A stretch of DNA of 64,000 nucleotides from Macrostomum lignano (GCA_002269645.1 NIVC01001023.1:313609-377608), one strand, 5' to 3'; positions 34,628 through 46,185 are shown, counted from the first letter of the stretch. Notes: generated from the sequence alone by a model not told the origin. Program-made: numbers and translations.

Positions 34628-37600
34628 ATGAAAACCAGAAGCAGCAATAGCAAGTCCCGCAAGAAACAAAATAGCAAACGCGCTGGCAACACCAGCAGTT
34701 CTTGTGGCGCCAAAAATGCAAAACCAGCTAAAAAATCTCGACAATGTAGAGCCAGCCGTTTACGCCTCAGTGAGTTAAACTTGGCACCAGAGACCACTCT
34801 TTCGCTGAGCAGCAACAGTGGGCTGGGTGGCATCTGTACTAGGCGGAGCTCCCGATCTCAAACTCGCCTGCAGCAGCTCCAACAGTCTGCAGACAGCACA
34901 CTGATCATTGGTGAACCAGAGCACCGTCCAGGGCCTCAGTTAAAACGCGGCGTGACCAGTCAGGTCAGGACTGAAGCCAACGACACCATGCTGAACTTGC
35001 CTGCCCCGGCTGTGAGTTTGAGTCGCTCAATATCTGCTCCAGTTTGCGGCAGAGCAGCCAGACAGCATCTAGTAGTTGCCAAGCGTCAGAAAGCGGCTGC
35101 AACAACGATGGAAAGTCGATTTGCAGACGAAAGTAAAGCATCGCAGAAGGAGAACCAAGAGAAAGTTGAGGTTGAACAGCCAACTGCAAGTTGTTGTAAT
35201 AGGTCAGTTAGTGACACTCAAGAGCAGGAACATCCTAGTGCAGCAGAAGTTGAGCATGAGCATTCAAGAATCGCAGCCTTACAATCTGGCTCATTCTCTC
35301 GTGCATCCATGTCAACTGGCGTAAGCAACTATGAAAATCAGTCAAATAGCTCTGTAATGGCCAGTACAAAGCTGTCAGACTTGGAAGGCAATGTGGTTCA
35401 ACCGGAAGTGACTCAAGAGTCTAAAGCCGATACTTCTGCAGTCAAGTCAAGAGCAGCTGAAGTCGCTCCTTCTCGATTGGCTGATAACGAAGAGAGACGC
35501 AAATCTTGTGAACGTTTGAGCGTGACACAGTCCGCAGAAGCAACACCCGCAACTGCAGCATTGAGCAACAGGAGTGTCTCCGTGTCAGTTCACCCCAGCA
35601 ACAGTCGAAATCAGTTAGATGGCTTTGTAGCGATTAACACAAAGACTTCGGATGCAACAAAGATAGGCATTGAAGACAATGTGGTTCAATTAGAAGTTAC
35701 TCAAGAGCCTATTGCTGGTGCTGCATATCAGTCTTTGTGCTTTTCTGCAGACGAGTCGAGCGCAGCTCAAGCTGATTGCAATGAAGCGAAGTGCAAGTCT
35801 AACGGTGAATGTTTAAGCGCGACGCAAGCTGCAGAAGCAACACCTTCACCTGCTATATTGAGTTTCAGTCAGAGCTTAATGAAGTTTGCTTCCACTGCCG
35901 CTTCCTCACAGCCTGACTCATTCCCTGGTGTCTCCATGTCGGCTCGAGCGAGTAACATTCAAAATCAGTCGGGTCGCTCTGTAATGACCAACAAATGCAA
36001 TCGAACTTCGAGTTTAATAAAAACAGATATTGAAGACAGTGTAGTTCGATCGGAAGCTTCTCGAGAGCCGAATACTACCACTTATCAGTCTATGTGCCCA
36101 TCTTCTAACCAATCAAACAGAGATCAGGTCTCACCTTCTCGATTGGCTGATTACAGCAAAGTAAGCTGCACGCCTAGCGAGCATGTTTACATGTCAAAAT
36201 CTGCAGAAGCAACATCATCCAAAACAATAAAAAACCAGGAGAGCTTCAGAAGACCTGTTTCCGTTGCCGCTTCCGGGTCTAGCCCAGTCTCTGGTGTCTT
36301 TTCATCGGCTCACGTTAGTAACATTCGAAATTCCCTTGATAGCTCTGTAGTTGCGAGCACAAAGACTTCGAATGCATTGAAGAAGACAGAGCCAAATGCT
36401 GTCACTTGTCAGTCTTTGTGCTTCTCTGCAGACGACTCAAGCGCAGCTCAGGCCTCATCATCTCGATTATCTGATTACAGCCGAGTAAATTGCAAGTCGA
36501 GCTGTGGACGTTTAAGCGTGTCGCAAGCTGCAAAAGGATCAGCTTCATCTGCTATATTTGACGGCAGTAAGAGCTCGATAAAGCCTCTTTCCATTGTCGC
36601 TTGCGATCCTGACGCAGTCCCTGGTGTCTTCGTACCGGCTCCTATTAGCAACAGTAATAAATTGTTTCAAGCTCAGTCAGATCAATCAGAGGCCACTAAA
36701 AAGCCAAACGCTACTGCATATCAATCTTTGTGCTTCTCTGCAGACGACTCAAGCGCAGCTCAGGCCTCATCATCTCGATTATCTGATTACAGCCGAGTAA
36801 ATTGCAAGTCGAGCTGTGGACGTTTAAGCGTGTCGCAAGCTGCAAAAGGATCAGCTTCATCTGCTATATTTGACGGCAGTAAGAGCTCGATAAAGCCTCT
36901 TTCCATTGTCGCTTGCGATCCTGACGCAGTCCCTGGTGTCTTCGTACCGGCTCCTATTAGCAACAGTAATAAATTGTTTCAAGCTCAGTCAGATCAATCA
37001 GAGGCCACTAAAAAGCCAAACGCTACTGCATATCAATCTTTGTGCTTTTCTGCAGACGACTCGAGTGCAGCTCAAGCCTCATTTTCTCGATTGGCTGATT
37101 GCAGTGAAGCGAAATGCAAGTCTACTGGTAAATGTTTAAGCGTGCCCAAATCTGTAAAAGCAATATTGAAAAGCAGAGAGAGCTTGATAAAGCCTGCTTC
37201 CATTGTTGCTTCCGAGCCTGTCTCATTCTCTGGTGTCTTTGTTTCGGCTGACGTTGCGACTTATCGAAATCAGTCTAATAACTCTACAGTAGCCAGCACA
37301 GAGCCAATAGACTCTCCAGGCAAAGTTGTTCAGTCAGATGCGACTCAACAGTCAAACGCTCGCACTTATCCGTCTTTGTACTTTTCTGCAGACTGCTCAA
37401 ATTCAGCTCAAGCTTCATCTGCTCAAGTGGCTAATTACAACGAGCTGAGACGGGAATCAAGCGGTGAACTTTTAAGCGTGTCAGAGTCTGCAAGAGGAAC
37501 ATCCGCATCTGCTATGTTGAATAGTAAGAGCTTGGTAAAACCAGTTTTCTTTGTCGCTGCTTCCCAGTCCTCTGCTGTCTTCGCATCGGCTCATGCAAGC

Positions 37601-39355
37601 AGCGGTCAAAATCAGTCAGATTGCTCCGCAGCGGCTGGCACAAAGCTGACAAACTCAGACAGCAATAAGGATCAATCAGAAGCGATTCAGGATCCAAATG
37701 CTGGCACATATCACTCTCTGAGTGCATCTGCAGACTCATCTCAATTGGCTGAAGACAGCGAACTGAGTTGCCAGTCCAGTAAAGCTTTAAGCGTGTCGCA
37801 AGCTGCAGCAGCAACTCCCGCATCCGCAGTGCTAAAAATCAAGCCTAGCGCTTCAGCCAGAAGCTGGTTCGATGGTCCCGGCTTCACCGAGTTCAGTCAG
37901 TCATCCAGAATGTACACCACTGTCGATGCTGCCACCGTGAACGACTCGACCATTCGCCGGCAGTACCTCGAGTCGCTGCACGCGTCCGGCATGTACCGAA
38001 CGATTGCGCAGGCGACACTCAGCGATAGCGAGATCCGACGCCAGCTGCTGCCATCCGTTCGACGCAAATCGCTGAAGCGATCAGCAAGTTCAGCCGGACT
38101 GGAGTCATTTGTCACCGAGATGGAGTTCACTGACAACAACGATGAGACTCGAGCTCGCTGTCTGCCGTCAGTTCTGCGCAGTAGCGCTTGCTCCGACACG
38201 AACGATGCGTACGAGACGATTTCTGAGACTACCGTGAGCGATGATGAAGTCCGACGAAGATTAGTGGAGTCTGTACATCCGCTTGTGGCAGAGCGGTTTA
38301 GAGAAGCAGCTGATGCACCGACATTCGTCACCGAGGCTGAGTACACAGAGACCGACAGTGAGATCAGGCAGCAGCTTGTGCATTCGCTGCGAGCATCTCG
38401 ATTGTACACCACAGTGGAATCAGAGAAGACCGTGGATGATTCCTCAGTGAGGCGGTGGAATATTGCATCAGTTAGGCCTGAGCGGTCCCTGCCAGGTGCC
38501 AGCAGATCAGGTAGCCAAGAGCTTGAAGGCACCTACACTACAGAATGCGAGTTTACAGATGACGGCACAGCTACAAGAGCCAGGTGCTTGCCTTCTGTCC
38601 GAGCTGCTGGCTTTGATAGCAACGAATACGAGACAGTTTCTGAGGCTACTGTGGCTGAAGATGAGGCCAGGCGGCAGCTGGTTGCATCGGTCCGTCCGCG
38701 GGCTTCTGTGGCTGAAGATGAGGCCAGGCAGCTCATCAGCGGAGCGTCAGCATCCCGAATATCAAGGACTCAAACCAGGGACGTACCATCCGTCTCTCCC
38801 AATGAGCCGAGCGTCGCCGTCTTCGAGACGGTGTCGGAGACAACGCTGAGCGACGACGAAGTCAGACGGCAGTTCATCGGAGGCGAAGCGGCGGCGGTCG
38901 AGCGGACTGCCGAGGCGGCGCCACCGTCGAATCGTCGCCGGCATCGCCGAGCTTCCGCGGACTCGAGCTACTTCTACGACCCGCACGGCTGCCTGAGCCG
39001 GGAGGCCAAGTCCCGCCGGGTCAGCCTGGCGCCGCACCTGCTGCCGCTGGCCAGCTTCAGCTTCTTCTGCGACGAGCGCGGCCGCGAGTTCGACCTGTCG
39101 GCGCTCCGCCAGGTGAGCCTGCAGACCAGAGACGTTGACGAGCAGCGGCTGGCCACCGAGGCCGCCGTGGCGAAGGCATCGCGGTGGAGCCGGCGGATCC
39201 GCAACAACCCGCCGGTGCGGCTGCGGCCCCCCGGCAGCGTGCGGGTGTTCGGCTTCCTGCGGCACCCGGTGCGCATCATGGACCGCGTGCTCATCGGCTT
39301 CCTGGAGCCGGCGGAGCACCAAAGACTCAAGCGGCTGCTCGATGACCGTGGATGA
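34628..39355 (+). CDS. Uncharacterised 1575-aa Ser/Ala-rich, repeat-built protein encoded by one long ORF
   Basis: 4.7-kb stop-free non-microsatellite ORF starting with ATG. Basic N-terminus, about 8 repeats of 100-120 aa marked by YQSLCFSAD, then repeats with YETVSExTVSDDEVRRQL and FVTExEFTD..RARCLPSV, then a GC-rich C-terminus. Confidence 0.85.
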   Translation: MKTRSSNSKSRKKQNSKRAGNTSSSCGAKNAKPAKKSRQCRASRLRLSELNLAPETTLSLSSNSGLGGICTRRSSRSQTRLQQLQQSADSTLIIGEPEHRPGPQLKRGVTSQVRTEANDTMLNLPAPAVSLSRSISAPVCGRAARQHLVVAKRQKAAATTMESRFADESKASQKENQEKVEVEQPTASCCNRSVSDTQEQEHPSAAEVEHEHSRIAALQSGSFSRASMSTGVSNYENQSNSSVMASTKLSDLEGNVVQPEVTQESKADTSAVKSRAAEVAPSRLADNEERRKSCERLSVTQSAEATPATAALSNRSVSVSVHPSNSRNQLDGFVAINTKTSDATKIGIEDNVVQLEVTQEPIAGAAYQSLCFSADESSAAQADCNEAKCKSNGECLSATQAAEATPSPAILSFSQSLMKFASTAASSQPDSFPGVSMSARASNIQNQSGRSVMTNKCNRTSSLIKTDIEDSVVRSEASREPNTTTYQSMCPSSNQSNRDQVSPSRLADYSKVSCTPSEHVYMSKSAEATSSKTIKNQESFRRPVSVAASGSSPVSGVFSSAHVSNIRNSLDSSVVASTKTSNALKKTEPNAVTCQSLCFSADDSSAAQASSSRLSDYSRVNCKSSCGRLSVSQAAKGSASSAIFDGSKSSIKPLSIVACDPDAVPGVFVPAPISNSNKLFQAQSDQSEATKKPNATAYQSLCFSADDSSAAQASSSRLSDYSRVNCKSSCGRLSVSQAAKGSASSAIFDGSKSSIKPLSIVACDPDAVPGVFVPAPISNSNKLFQAQSDQSEATKKPNATAYQSLCFSADDSSAAQASFSRLADCSEAKCKSTGKCLSVPKSVKAILKSRESLIKPASIVASEPVSFSGVFVSADVATYRNQSNNSTVASTEPIDSPGKVVQSDATQQSNARTYPSLYFSADCSNSAQASSAQVANYNELRRESSGELLSVSESARGTSASAMLNSKSLVKPVFFVAASQSSAVFASAHASSGQNQSDCSAAAGTKLTNSDSNKDQSEAIQDPNAGTYHSLSASADSSQLAEDSELSCQSSKALSVSQAAAATPASAVLKIKPSASARSWFDGPGFTEFSQSSRMYTTVDAATVNDSTIRRQYLESLHASGMYRTIAQATLSDSEIRRQLLPSVRRKSLKRSASSAGLESFVTEMEFTDNNDETRARCLPSVLRSSACSDTNDAYETISETTVSDDEVRRRLVESVHPLVAERFREAADAPTFVTEAEYTETDSEIRQQLVHSLRASRLYTTVESEKTVDDSSVRRWNIASVRPERSLPGASRSGSQELEGTYTTECEFTDDGTATRARCLPSVRAAGFDSNEYETVSEATVAEDEARRQLVASVRPRASVAEDEARQLISGASASRISRTQTRDVPSVSPNEPSVAVFETVSETTLSDDEVRRQFIGGEAAAVERTAEAAPPSNRRRHRRASADSSYFYDPHGCLSREAKSRRVSLAPHLLPLASFSFFCDERGREFDLSALRQVSLQTRDVDEQRLATEAAVAKASRWSRRIRNNPPVRLRPPGSVRVFGFLRHPVRIMDRVLIGFLEPAEHQRLKRLLDDRG

Positions 39356-39409
39356 CCACTGGATGGCAGGAACTCCTGTTGAAGGGTCGCAACGCTTTTC
39401 GGGTTGTTG

Positions 39410-39570
39410 GGTAGCCAGCCTCCCAGATCCTCAGTTGCTGGGCCAGCCTCCCAGTTGCTGGGCCAGCCTCCCAGATCCTTAGTTACTGGGCCAGCAGCCT
39501 TCCAGATCCTCAGTTACTGGGCCACCAGCCTTCCAGATCCTCAGTTACTGGGCCACCAGCCTCCCAGGTA
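39410..39570 (+). repeat. Short array of the same 28-bp minisatellite found in USP6NL intron 1
   Basis: CCAGCCTCCCAGATCCTCAGTTGCTGGG is the reverse complement of the 11890-12595 unit. Confidence 0.9.
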
Positions 39571-40353
39571 CCCAGTTGCAATTTCAATAATTTGTGCCCA
39601 ATCAGCCACTACAGACTCGCCCACATGAACTGCATCGGCATGTCCTGAAGGTGCACTGCATCATTGTTACTCATGTTTTTAGCAATTCCATTTTCTTACA
39701 CAGCTTTTTAATCTGAAATTTGCTCTGCTGGGCTGTCTGCCACTCTGTTAAATCGCGCAAATTAATTTTAAACTTTTATTGCAGAATATTTTATAACTTT
39801 TACATACTTTTACAATAAATTGACGTGCAGCAGGGTCATTGGGTCATGTTTATATTGTGAAAGCATTTGTTAACTAAAAATTCTGGATATTTGTGCTGCT
39901 TTAAAATCAACCCAGTTTCATCCTCTACATTTTTTGTAGAAACAAGTTTTCCGTTTATACTACTGCCAACATTTTTAGTAGTAGTATATATAGCATTAGT
40001 TTAAATTTGAATCATATTAATCTAATAATATTGCACATATTCGCGTCATAAAGTACCTTGTTATCGGCCTGTTGTCATATTGTTACCTGCATTGTTTTTA
40101 GATGCATTTTTAATGTATAATAAATCATTGCTATTTGTTTATATTGTCGCTAGTTAAATATTTATTAGTGTGTCTCACAGCAGCTCAATGTTCAACTACA
40201 GCTGCTGCACATGTACATTTCCATTTGTATAAATATCTGATATGAACATCCATTGTGTTTATTAGTGCTCACTTATTTATTCATAATCCTGAGCTGTCCC
40301 GTGTCGTAACGTGGATTTTCTCGTGTCTTCTCAGTTCTCAGCCCTCTCACACA

Positions 40354-41700
40354 TCTCCTTCTAACCATCTCCCTCTCACCCATCTCCTTCTAACCATCTC
40401 CCACTCACCCATCTCCTTCTAACCATCTCCCACTCACCCATCTCCTTCTAACCATCTCCTTCTAACCATCTCCTTCTAACCATCTCCCACTCACCCATCT
40501 CCTTCTAACTTTCTCCTTCTAACCATCTCCCACTCACCCATCTCCTTCTAACCATCTCCCACTCACCCATCTCCTTCTAACCATCTCCTTCTAACTATCT
40601 CCCACTCACCCATCTCCTTCTAACTTTCTCCTTCTAACCATCTCCCACTCACCCATCTCCTTCTAACCATCTCCCACTCACCCATCTCCTTCTAACCATC
40701 TCCCACTCACCCATCTCCTTCTAACCATCTCCCACTCACCCATCTCCTTCTAACCATCTCCCACTCACCCATCTCCTTCTAACCATCTCCTTCTAACCAT
40801 CTCCTTCTAACCATCTCCCACTCACCCATCTCCTTCTAACTTTCTCCTTCTAACCATCTCCCACTCACCCATCTCCTTCTAACCATCTCCCACTCACCCA
40901 TCTCCTTCTAACCATCTCCTTCTAACTATCTCCCACTCACCCATCTCCTTCTAACTTTCTCCTTCTAACCATCTCCCACTCACCCATCTCCTTCTAACCA
41001 TCTCCCACTCACCCATCTCCTTCTAACCATCTCCCACTCACCCATCTCCTTCTAACCATCTCCCACTCACCCATCTCCTTCTAACCATCTCCCTCTCACC
41101 CATCTCCTTCTAACCATCTCCCACTCACCCATCTCCTTCTAACCATCTCCCACTCACCCATCTCCTTCTAACCATCTCCCACTCACCCATCTCCTTCTAA
41201 CCATCTCCCACTCACCCATCTCCTTCTAACCATCTCCCACTCACCCATCTCCTTCTAACCATCTCCCACTCACCCATCTCCTTCTAACCATCTCCCACTC
41301 ACCCATCTCCTTCTAACCATCTCCCACTCACCCATCTCCTTCTAACCATCTCCCACTCACCCATCTCCTTCTAACCATCTCCCTCTCACCCATCTCCTTC
41401 TAACCATCTCCCACTCACCCATCTCCTTCTAACCATCTCCCACTCACCCATCTCCTTCTAACCATCTCCCACTCACCCATCTCCTTCTAACCATCTCCCA
41501 CTCACCCATCTCCTTCTAACCATCTCCCTCCCACCCATCTCCTTCTAACCATCTCCCTCTCACCCATCTCCTAACCATCTCCCTCCCACCCGTCCCCCTC
41601 TCACCCATCTCCCTCTCACCCGTCCCCCTCTCACCCATCTCCCTCTCACCCGTCCCCCTCTCACCCATCTCCCTCTCACCCATCCCCCTCTCCATCTCCT
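40354..41700. repeat. 29-bp C-rich minisatellite (CCATCTCCTTCTAACCATCTCCCACTCAC)
   Basis: Direct tandem pattern with 14+15 subunits. Confidence 0.95.
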
Positions 41701-42499
41701 TCCCCTGCAGCAGGCTGGCAGCCGCAAGTCTCTGAGAATTTCTCACTCAGCTCAGTTGGTTCATATCCCACTCATTTCTTTCTTACTTTTTGTTCGTGAA
41801 TGTACTCTCGTTCTCTCTGTGCTCCTCTTATACGAGTGTATAGGGACGGTAGAAAATGATAGGAATATATCACAGACAAGGAAGTAGCAGACAGACTTGG
41901 TCTGTGGAATATATACATGTATGTATACTCTCGTAGTTTTCCTGAAATCCTGTAATCTCAATCTATTTTACTTAATTTTTTTTACTTCACCAGTCAAAGA
42001 GCATGTGTTACAAGTGTTGTGCATTTGGCTGCACAAGTGGCTACAAAAATCATCCGCAACAAACCGAGACAAAGGTGTCATTTCATTATTTTCCGAAAGA
42101 CGAAGCTCTTAATTAAGCTTTGTGGATGCAAGCCAAACCAAGAAGACTGTTCCTTTCAAGACCCGAGAATGTTCTCCCTGCACTTTGTGCCAGTGACTTC
42201 ATTGAGGAACATTCCGACTGACGAAAAGGTACTTGAGTGAAGGACGCAGTGCCGCTGTTCGACACTCTGTTTCCACTGCCACTGCCTCCGGTCGCCGAGA
42301 AGGAAATTCAACGCTTGGAAGCCTTGGGAGAGGCGTTTGAAGATGAAGTTAATATATCAGGTCAGGTCCCTGAGCCTGGAGGAAGTGAAAGGCCGAATGG
42401 CTGAGGAGAGCACAAAGCCTGAAGGATTTGGGGCCGTCAACATGAACGGGATTTTAGTGGTCTATTTCTTTTGGCTCTTTTGGCGCCGCAGACACTAGT

Positions 42500-42665
42500 C
42501 GATGAGATAGATGAAGGAGAGAAGGGAGAAGAGAGGTAGGAGAAAGGAGAGGCAAGTGGATAAAAGAAAAGAGAGGAAACGAGAGGACAGGAGAAGAGGA
42601 GAGACGAGAGAGAGAGAGGACGAGAAAGGCGAGAGGGGATTACAGAGAAGAGAGCTGAGAAGAAA
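42500..42665. repeat. GA-rich low-complexity tract, followed by a hAT-like right end (CCGACCCCTG at 42741-42750)
   Basis: Composition; terminal motif also seen at 24237-24246. Confidence 0.6.
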
Positions 42666-43297
42666 CACAAACCGGATTGCTTTTGTGAAGTTTCAAATGA
42701 CCCGAGGGCCTCATAGAGAGGCTTCACAGGCCGGAGTTTTCCGACCCCTGCTTTACCATATTACATCTTGCCAGATAGACTAAATACTTTGTCTCAATTA
42801 TTGAATAACTTGGCTCCTTAAAAGCATGGTCTAGTGATGAAAAGTCTGCGAGAGACCGAAAGTTGGACTCTGCTGTCTCAAACTTAAAAAGATAAATATA
42901 AACTCTAGTGGATGGGTGTGTGACAAACATCGAAAGCTTAGCTTCATTCTTAAGCAAATCGAGCTGGCTTCTTTAGCAAAGTACCATCGGAATTACTCGC
43001 CCGAGCCATCAGTTTCGCCCATCTTGTCCAGGCATCGAGTTCAGCAGCCTACTAAATACGACTAGCTAATTTATTTAGCTATAGGAAATATATTTAAACA
43101 CTATCATTTTAAACATTTTATAGACATATTTGATTGTCTGCTCTTCAGAAGAAACCTCTCATCTCTGGCAATTATGTCAATTTTCCAGAAGGCACTGTGG
43201 GGTTTTTTTTAAGCTTGGAAAGAAAATCTTGGGCCACATCTCGTACACCCCCAATTTGTTTCGTTTCCAGACCTACTATTCAGGGGTCCGTGGCTGA

Positions 43298-43781
43298 GCT
43301 CATTCGGCAAGGAGAGGCAGGTGCACAGCTGGTGAGATTTGTGCAGGGGTTTTCGGACAATGGGGCAGAGCTGATGAGGCTCTTCCTCTGTGCTTCGCCC
43401 AGCCATGAGTTGAGGGCTGGGGTTGGGGCTGTGCGCTGTACTTGCGCTCACATCGAAGCAGAGAAAAACAGCGGCCTCTACTCGCCCAGACCCAGCTGTC
43501 CAAGCAGCTCCAGACCAGCCGAGCTCAATGCCCAGAGGACAAAGGCGAAGCTGAGGTTTGAGGGCCGAGCCAGCAGCCTGCGAACGCGTGACAAAAGAAG
43601 ACTCGCAGCAAATGCTTGGGGGGGGGGGGTTGATGGCTGCCTATCAGCGGCACAGACAAACTGCTTGAGCGCCAACCCTGCCCCGCTCACACCATTCACT
43701 GCTTTGCATTGCGCCTGTGCGTCTCGTTGACTGTAAAATGTACTGCCTTTGATATTCGGCACTGCGGGTTTTCAGATGCGA
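43298..43781. repeat. Dispersed duplication block A, copy 1 (homolog at 49031-49538)
   Basis: Long shared stretches such as GCCTGCGAACGCGTGACAAAAGAAGACTCGCAGCAAATG and GATATTCGGCACTGCGGGTTTTCA. Confidence 0.9.
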
Positions 43782-43814
43782 TCCTCGCACTTATAATTGG
43801 GCGTTTAGAGGTAG

Positions 43815-44372
43815 GTTGATGGGGATCAGGGAGAGAGACAGGCTGGGATGTAGGGTGAGGGGCAGGGAGAGAGACAGGCTGGGATGCAGGGTGAGGGGCA
43901 GGGAGAGAGACAGGCTGGGATGCAGGGTAAGGAGCAGGGAGAGAGACAGGCTGGGATGCAGGGTAAGGAGCAGGGAGAGAGACAGACTGGGATGCAGGGT
44001 GAGGGGCAGGGAGAGAGACAGGCTGGGATGTAGGGTGAGGGGCAGGGAGAGAGACAGGCTGGGATGCAGGGTGAGGGGCAGGGAGAGAGACAGGCTGGGA
44101 TGTAGGGTGAGGGGCAGGGAGAGAGACAGGCTGGGATGCAGGGTGAGGGACAGGGAGAGAGACAGGCTGGGATGCAGGGTGAGGGGCAGGGAGAGAGACA
44201 GGCTGGGATGTAGGGTGAGGGGCAGGGAGAGAGACAGGCTGGGATGCAGGGTGAGGGGCAGGGAGAGAGACAGGCTGGGATGTAGGGTGAGGGGCAGGGA
44301 GAGAGACAGGCTGGGATGCAGGGTGAGGGGCAGGGAGAGAGACAGGCTGGGATGCAGGGTGAGTGCAGGGTT
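43815..44372. repeat. 36-bp G-rich minisatellite (GGGATGCAGGGTGAGGGGCAGGGAGAGAGACAGGCT)
   Basis: About 15 tandem units. Confidence 0.95.
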
Positions 44373-44396
44373 ATAGCCGCCGGCCAATGGAGGGGC

Positions 44397-44852
44397 CAAT
44401 ATCGATACAAAGACCTATAGAAGTTACCGTTGTAACCTTGTAGCCTTTGCAGCCTGCTCAACTCTGTACAGATTATCTGCTTTATAAAGCCTCCAAACTG
44501 CAGAATATGTTGTATGGTCTGCTACTCTATCGAGACTAGGAGGCAATGGTTGAAATAACTGAAACTTGATTCATTTTGACTGCAATGAAATATTGCGTAT
44601 TGCCGTTACTTTACTGTACGCCCGCCGCTCCTACATGTAGATATAGCGACAAACTTTGCACCATGTTAAAGAGAACAAAATTTTGAGCAATCTGGGGAAA
44701 ATTATCTTTTAAGTGCCGCCAGTCCGGAGTTATGAGCATTTAAAGTTCAGCTGCAGTGCAAATAGGCGGGCCTTCAAATAATTTTGCAATATTTACGAGT
44801 GTTGCGTCCTGATACAACGGTAACTTCTAGTAGTCCTTGCATCGATACTGAT
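44397..44852. mobile_element. Probable MITE with ~40-bp imperfect TIRs
   Basis: TAGAAGTTACCGTTGTA (44418-44434) is inverted at 44813-44829, and the match extends outward (TATCGAT.CAA.GAC); TSD not found. Confidence 0.55.
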
Positions 44853-45159
44853 CGGACAACCACAACACAACATAATATGTATGCATGAATATATAGATAT
44901 ATTAGTCTACCAGTCTAAAAATACTTTCAAATCTCAGCAAAATATCGCTTACAGTAAGCTACTCATAGTACTCATAAAAATATATTTGCCTTAAAAGCAG
45001 AGCTGTATGGAATTTATCCGAAAATTTGTCTGCACCTGAAGATTCGCTATGCCAGATTATTTAATTACTCAAAAGCACTGCCTTGAGTCGTGCCTCGGGC
45101 TCTCGGGGGTGGGCGCTCAGTTCTGGAATTTTCCAGCGTCTCTTCGATGCATTTCAGTC

Positions 45160-45180
45160 TGCATCTCTCTCTCTCTCTCC

Positions 45181-45212
<32 letters not shown>

Positions 45213-45213
45213 C

Positions 45214-45262
<49 letters not shown>
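45160..45262. repeat. (CT)n microsatellite
   Basis: Direct pattern. Confidence 0.95.
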
Positions 45263-45266
<4 letters not shown>

Positions 45267-45679
45267 GTCTTATTGTCCTGCCTTTGGCTTATTTAAAAAC
45301 TGGCTTGTCAAGCATTTGTTGCATTTTGTAGCAAATGCTCGCTCAGCTCGGGTTTTGTTTAGCTGCGAGCTTGAGCAGTCCTGCTCACAGCATGCATCAA
45401 CCAACTGCAATCAGATTTTGTGTGCGATGCGAAGCTTTTTTGAGGCGATAAAACTGAAAATTAAATTATGATTTATTATTCTAAAAAACTTTGAATTACC
45501 CTTTGAAAATTAGAAACAGCTCATCACAGGACACGTGTGGTTGGTCCTGACTCACACAGTCATCTTTCAGGGAGCTGTACTCATGTGCTCAATAGAGACC
45601 CATACTCGTATCTCATGCACACAGCCATTGCTCATGTTCCATAACCATTTTACTGTCTCTATTGTGTTTGCCTCACAAT

Positions 45680-45872
45680 CTCCCTCTCACCGATCTCCCT
45701 CTCATCCATCCCCCTCTCACCAATCCCCCGCTCACAAATACCCCTCTCACAAATACCCCTCTCACACATCCCCCCTCACAAATACCCCTCTCACAAATAC
45801 CCCTCTCACAAATACCCCTCTCACCCATCCCCCTCTCACAAATCCTCCCCTCACAAATACCCCCCTCACAAA
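45680..45872. repeat. 15-bp repeat (CACAAATACCCCTCT)
   Basis: Direct pattern. Confidence 0.8.
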
Positions 45873-45964
45873 TATCTGTGCACTGCGGCTGCCTGCCTTT
45901 TTATTTCATTTTGCATTCGGTGACCGGCACTGCAGCATTTCACTGCTGAGATTTGTCAACTCGA

Positions 45965-46185
45965 CAGCTCAGCTTCTCTATTCTCCATCAGATCCTGCTC
46001 AGCTTCTCTATTCTCCATCAGATCCTGCTCAGCTTCTCTATTCTCCATCAGATCCCAGCTCAGTTTCTCTATTCTCCATCAGATCCCAGCTCAGTTTCTC
46101 TATTCTCCATCAGATCCCAGCTCAGTTTCTCTATTCTTTATCAGATCCCAGCTCAGTTTCTCTATTCTCCATCAGTTCCAGCTCA
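45965..46185. repeat. 30-bp repeat (CAGCTCAGTTTCTCTATTCTCCATCAGATC)
   Basis: About 7 tandem units. Confidence 0.9.

Noticed and set aside
39235-39270. FGF motif suggesting sororin or Wapl
   Set aside because: A single tripeptide; no sororin C-terminal domain or Wapl domain is present
38762-39322. 186-aa minus-strand ORF
   Set aside because: Antisense shadow of the GC3-rich plus-strand ORF
42150-42410. Coding-like fragment (VPLFDTLFPLPLPPVAEKEIQRLE)
   Set aside because: Short, flanked by stops, with no recognisable family or usable splice pattern
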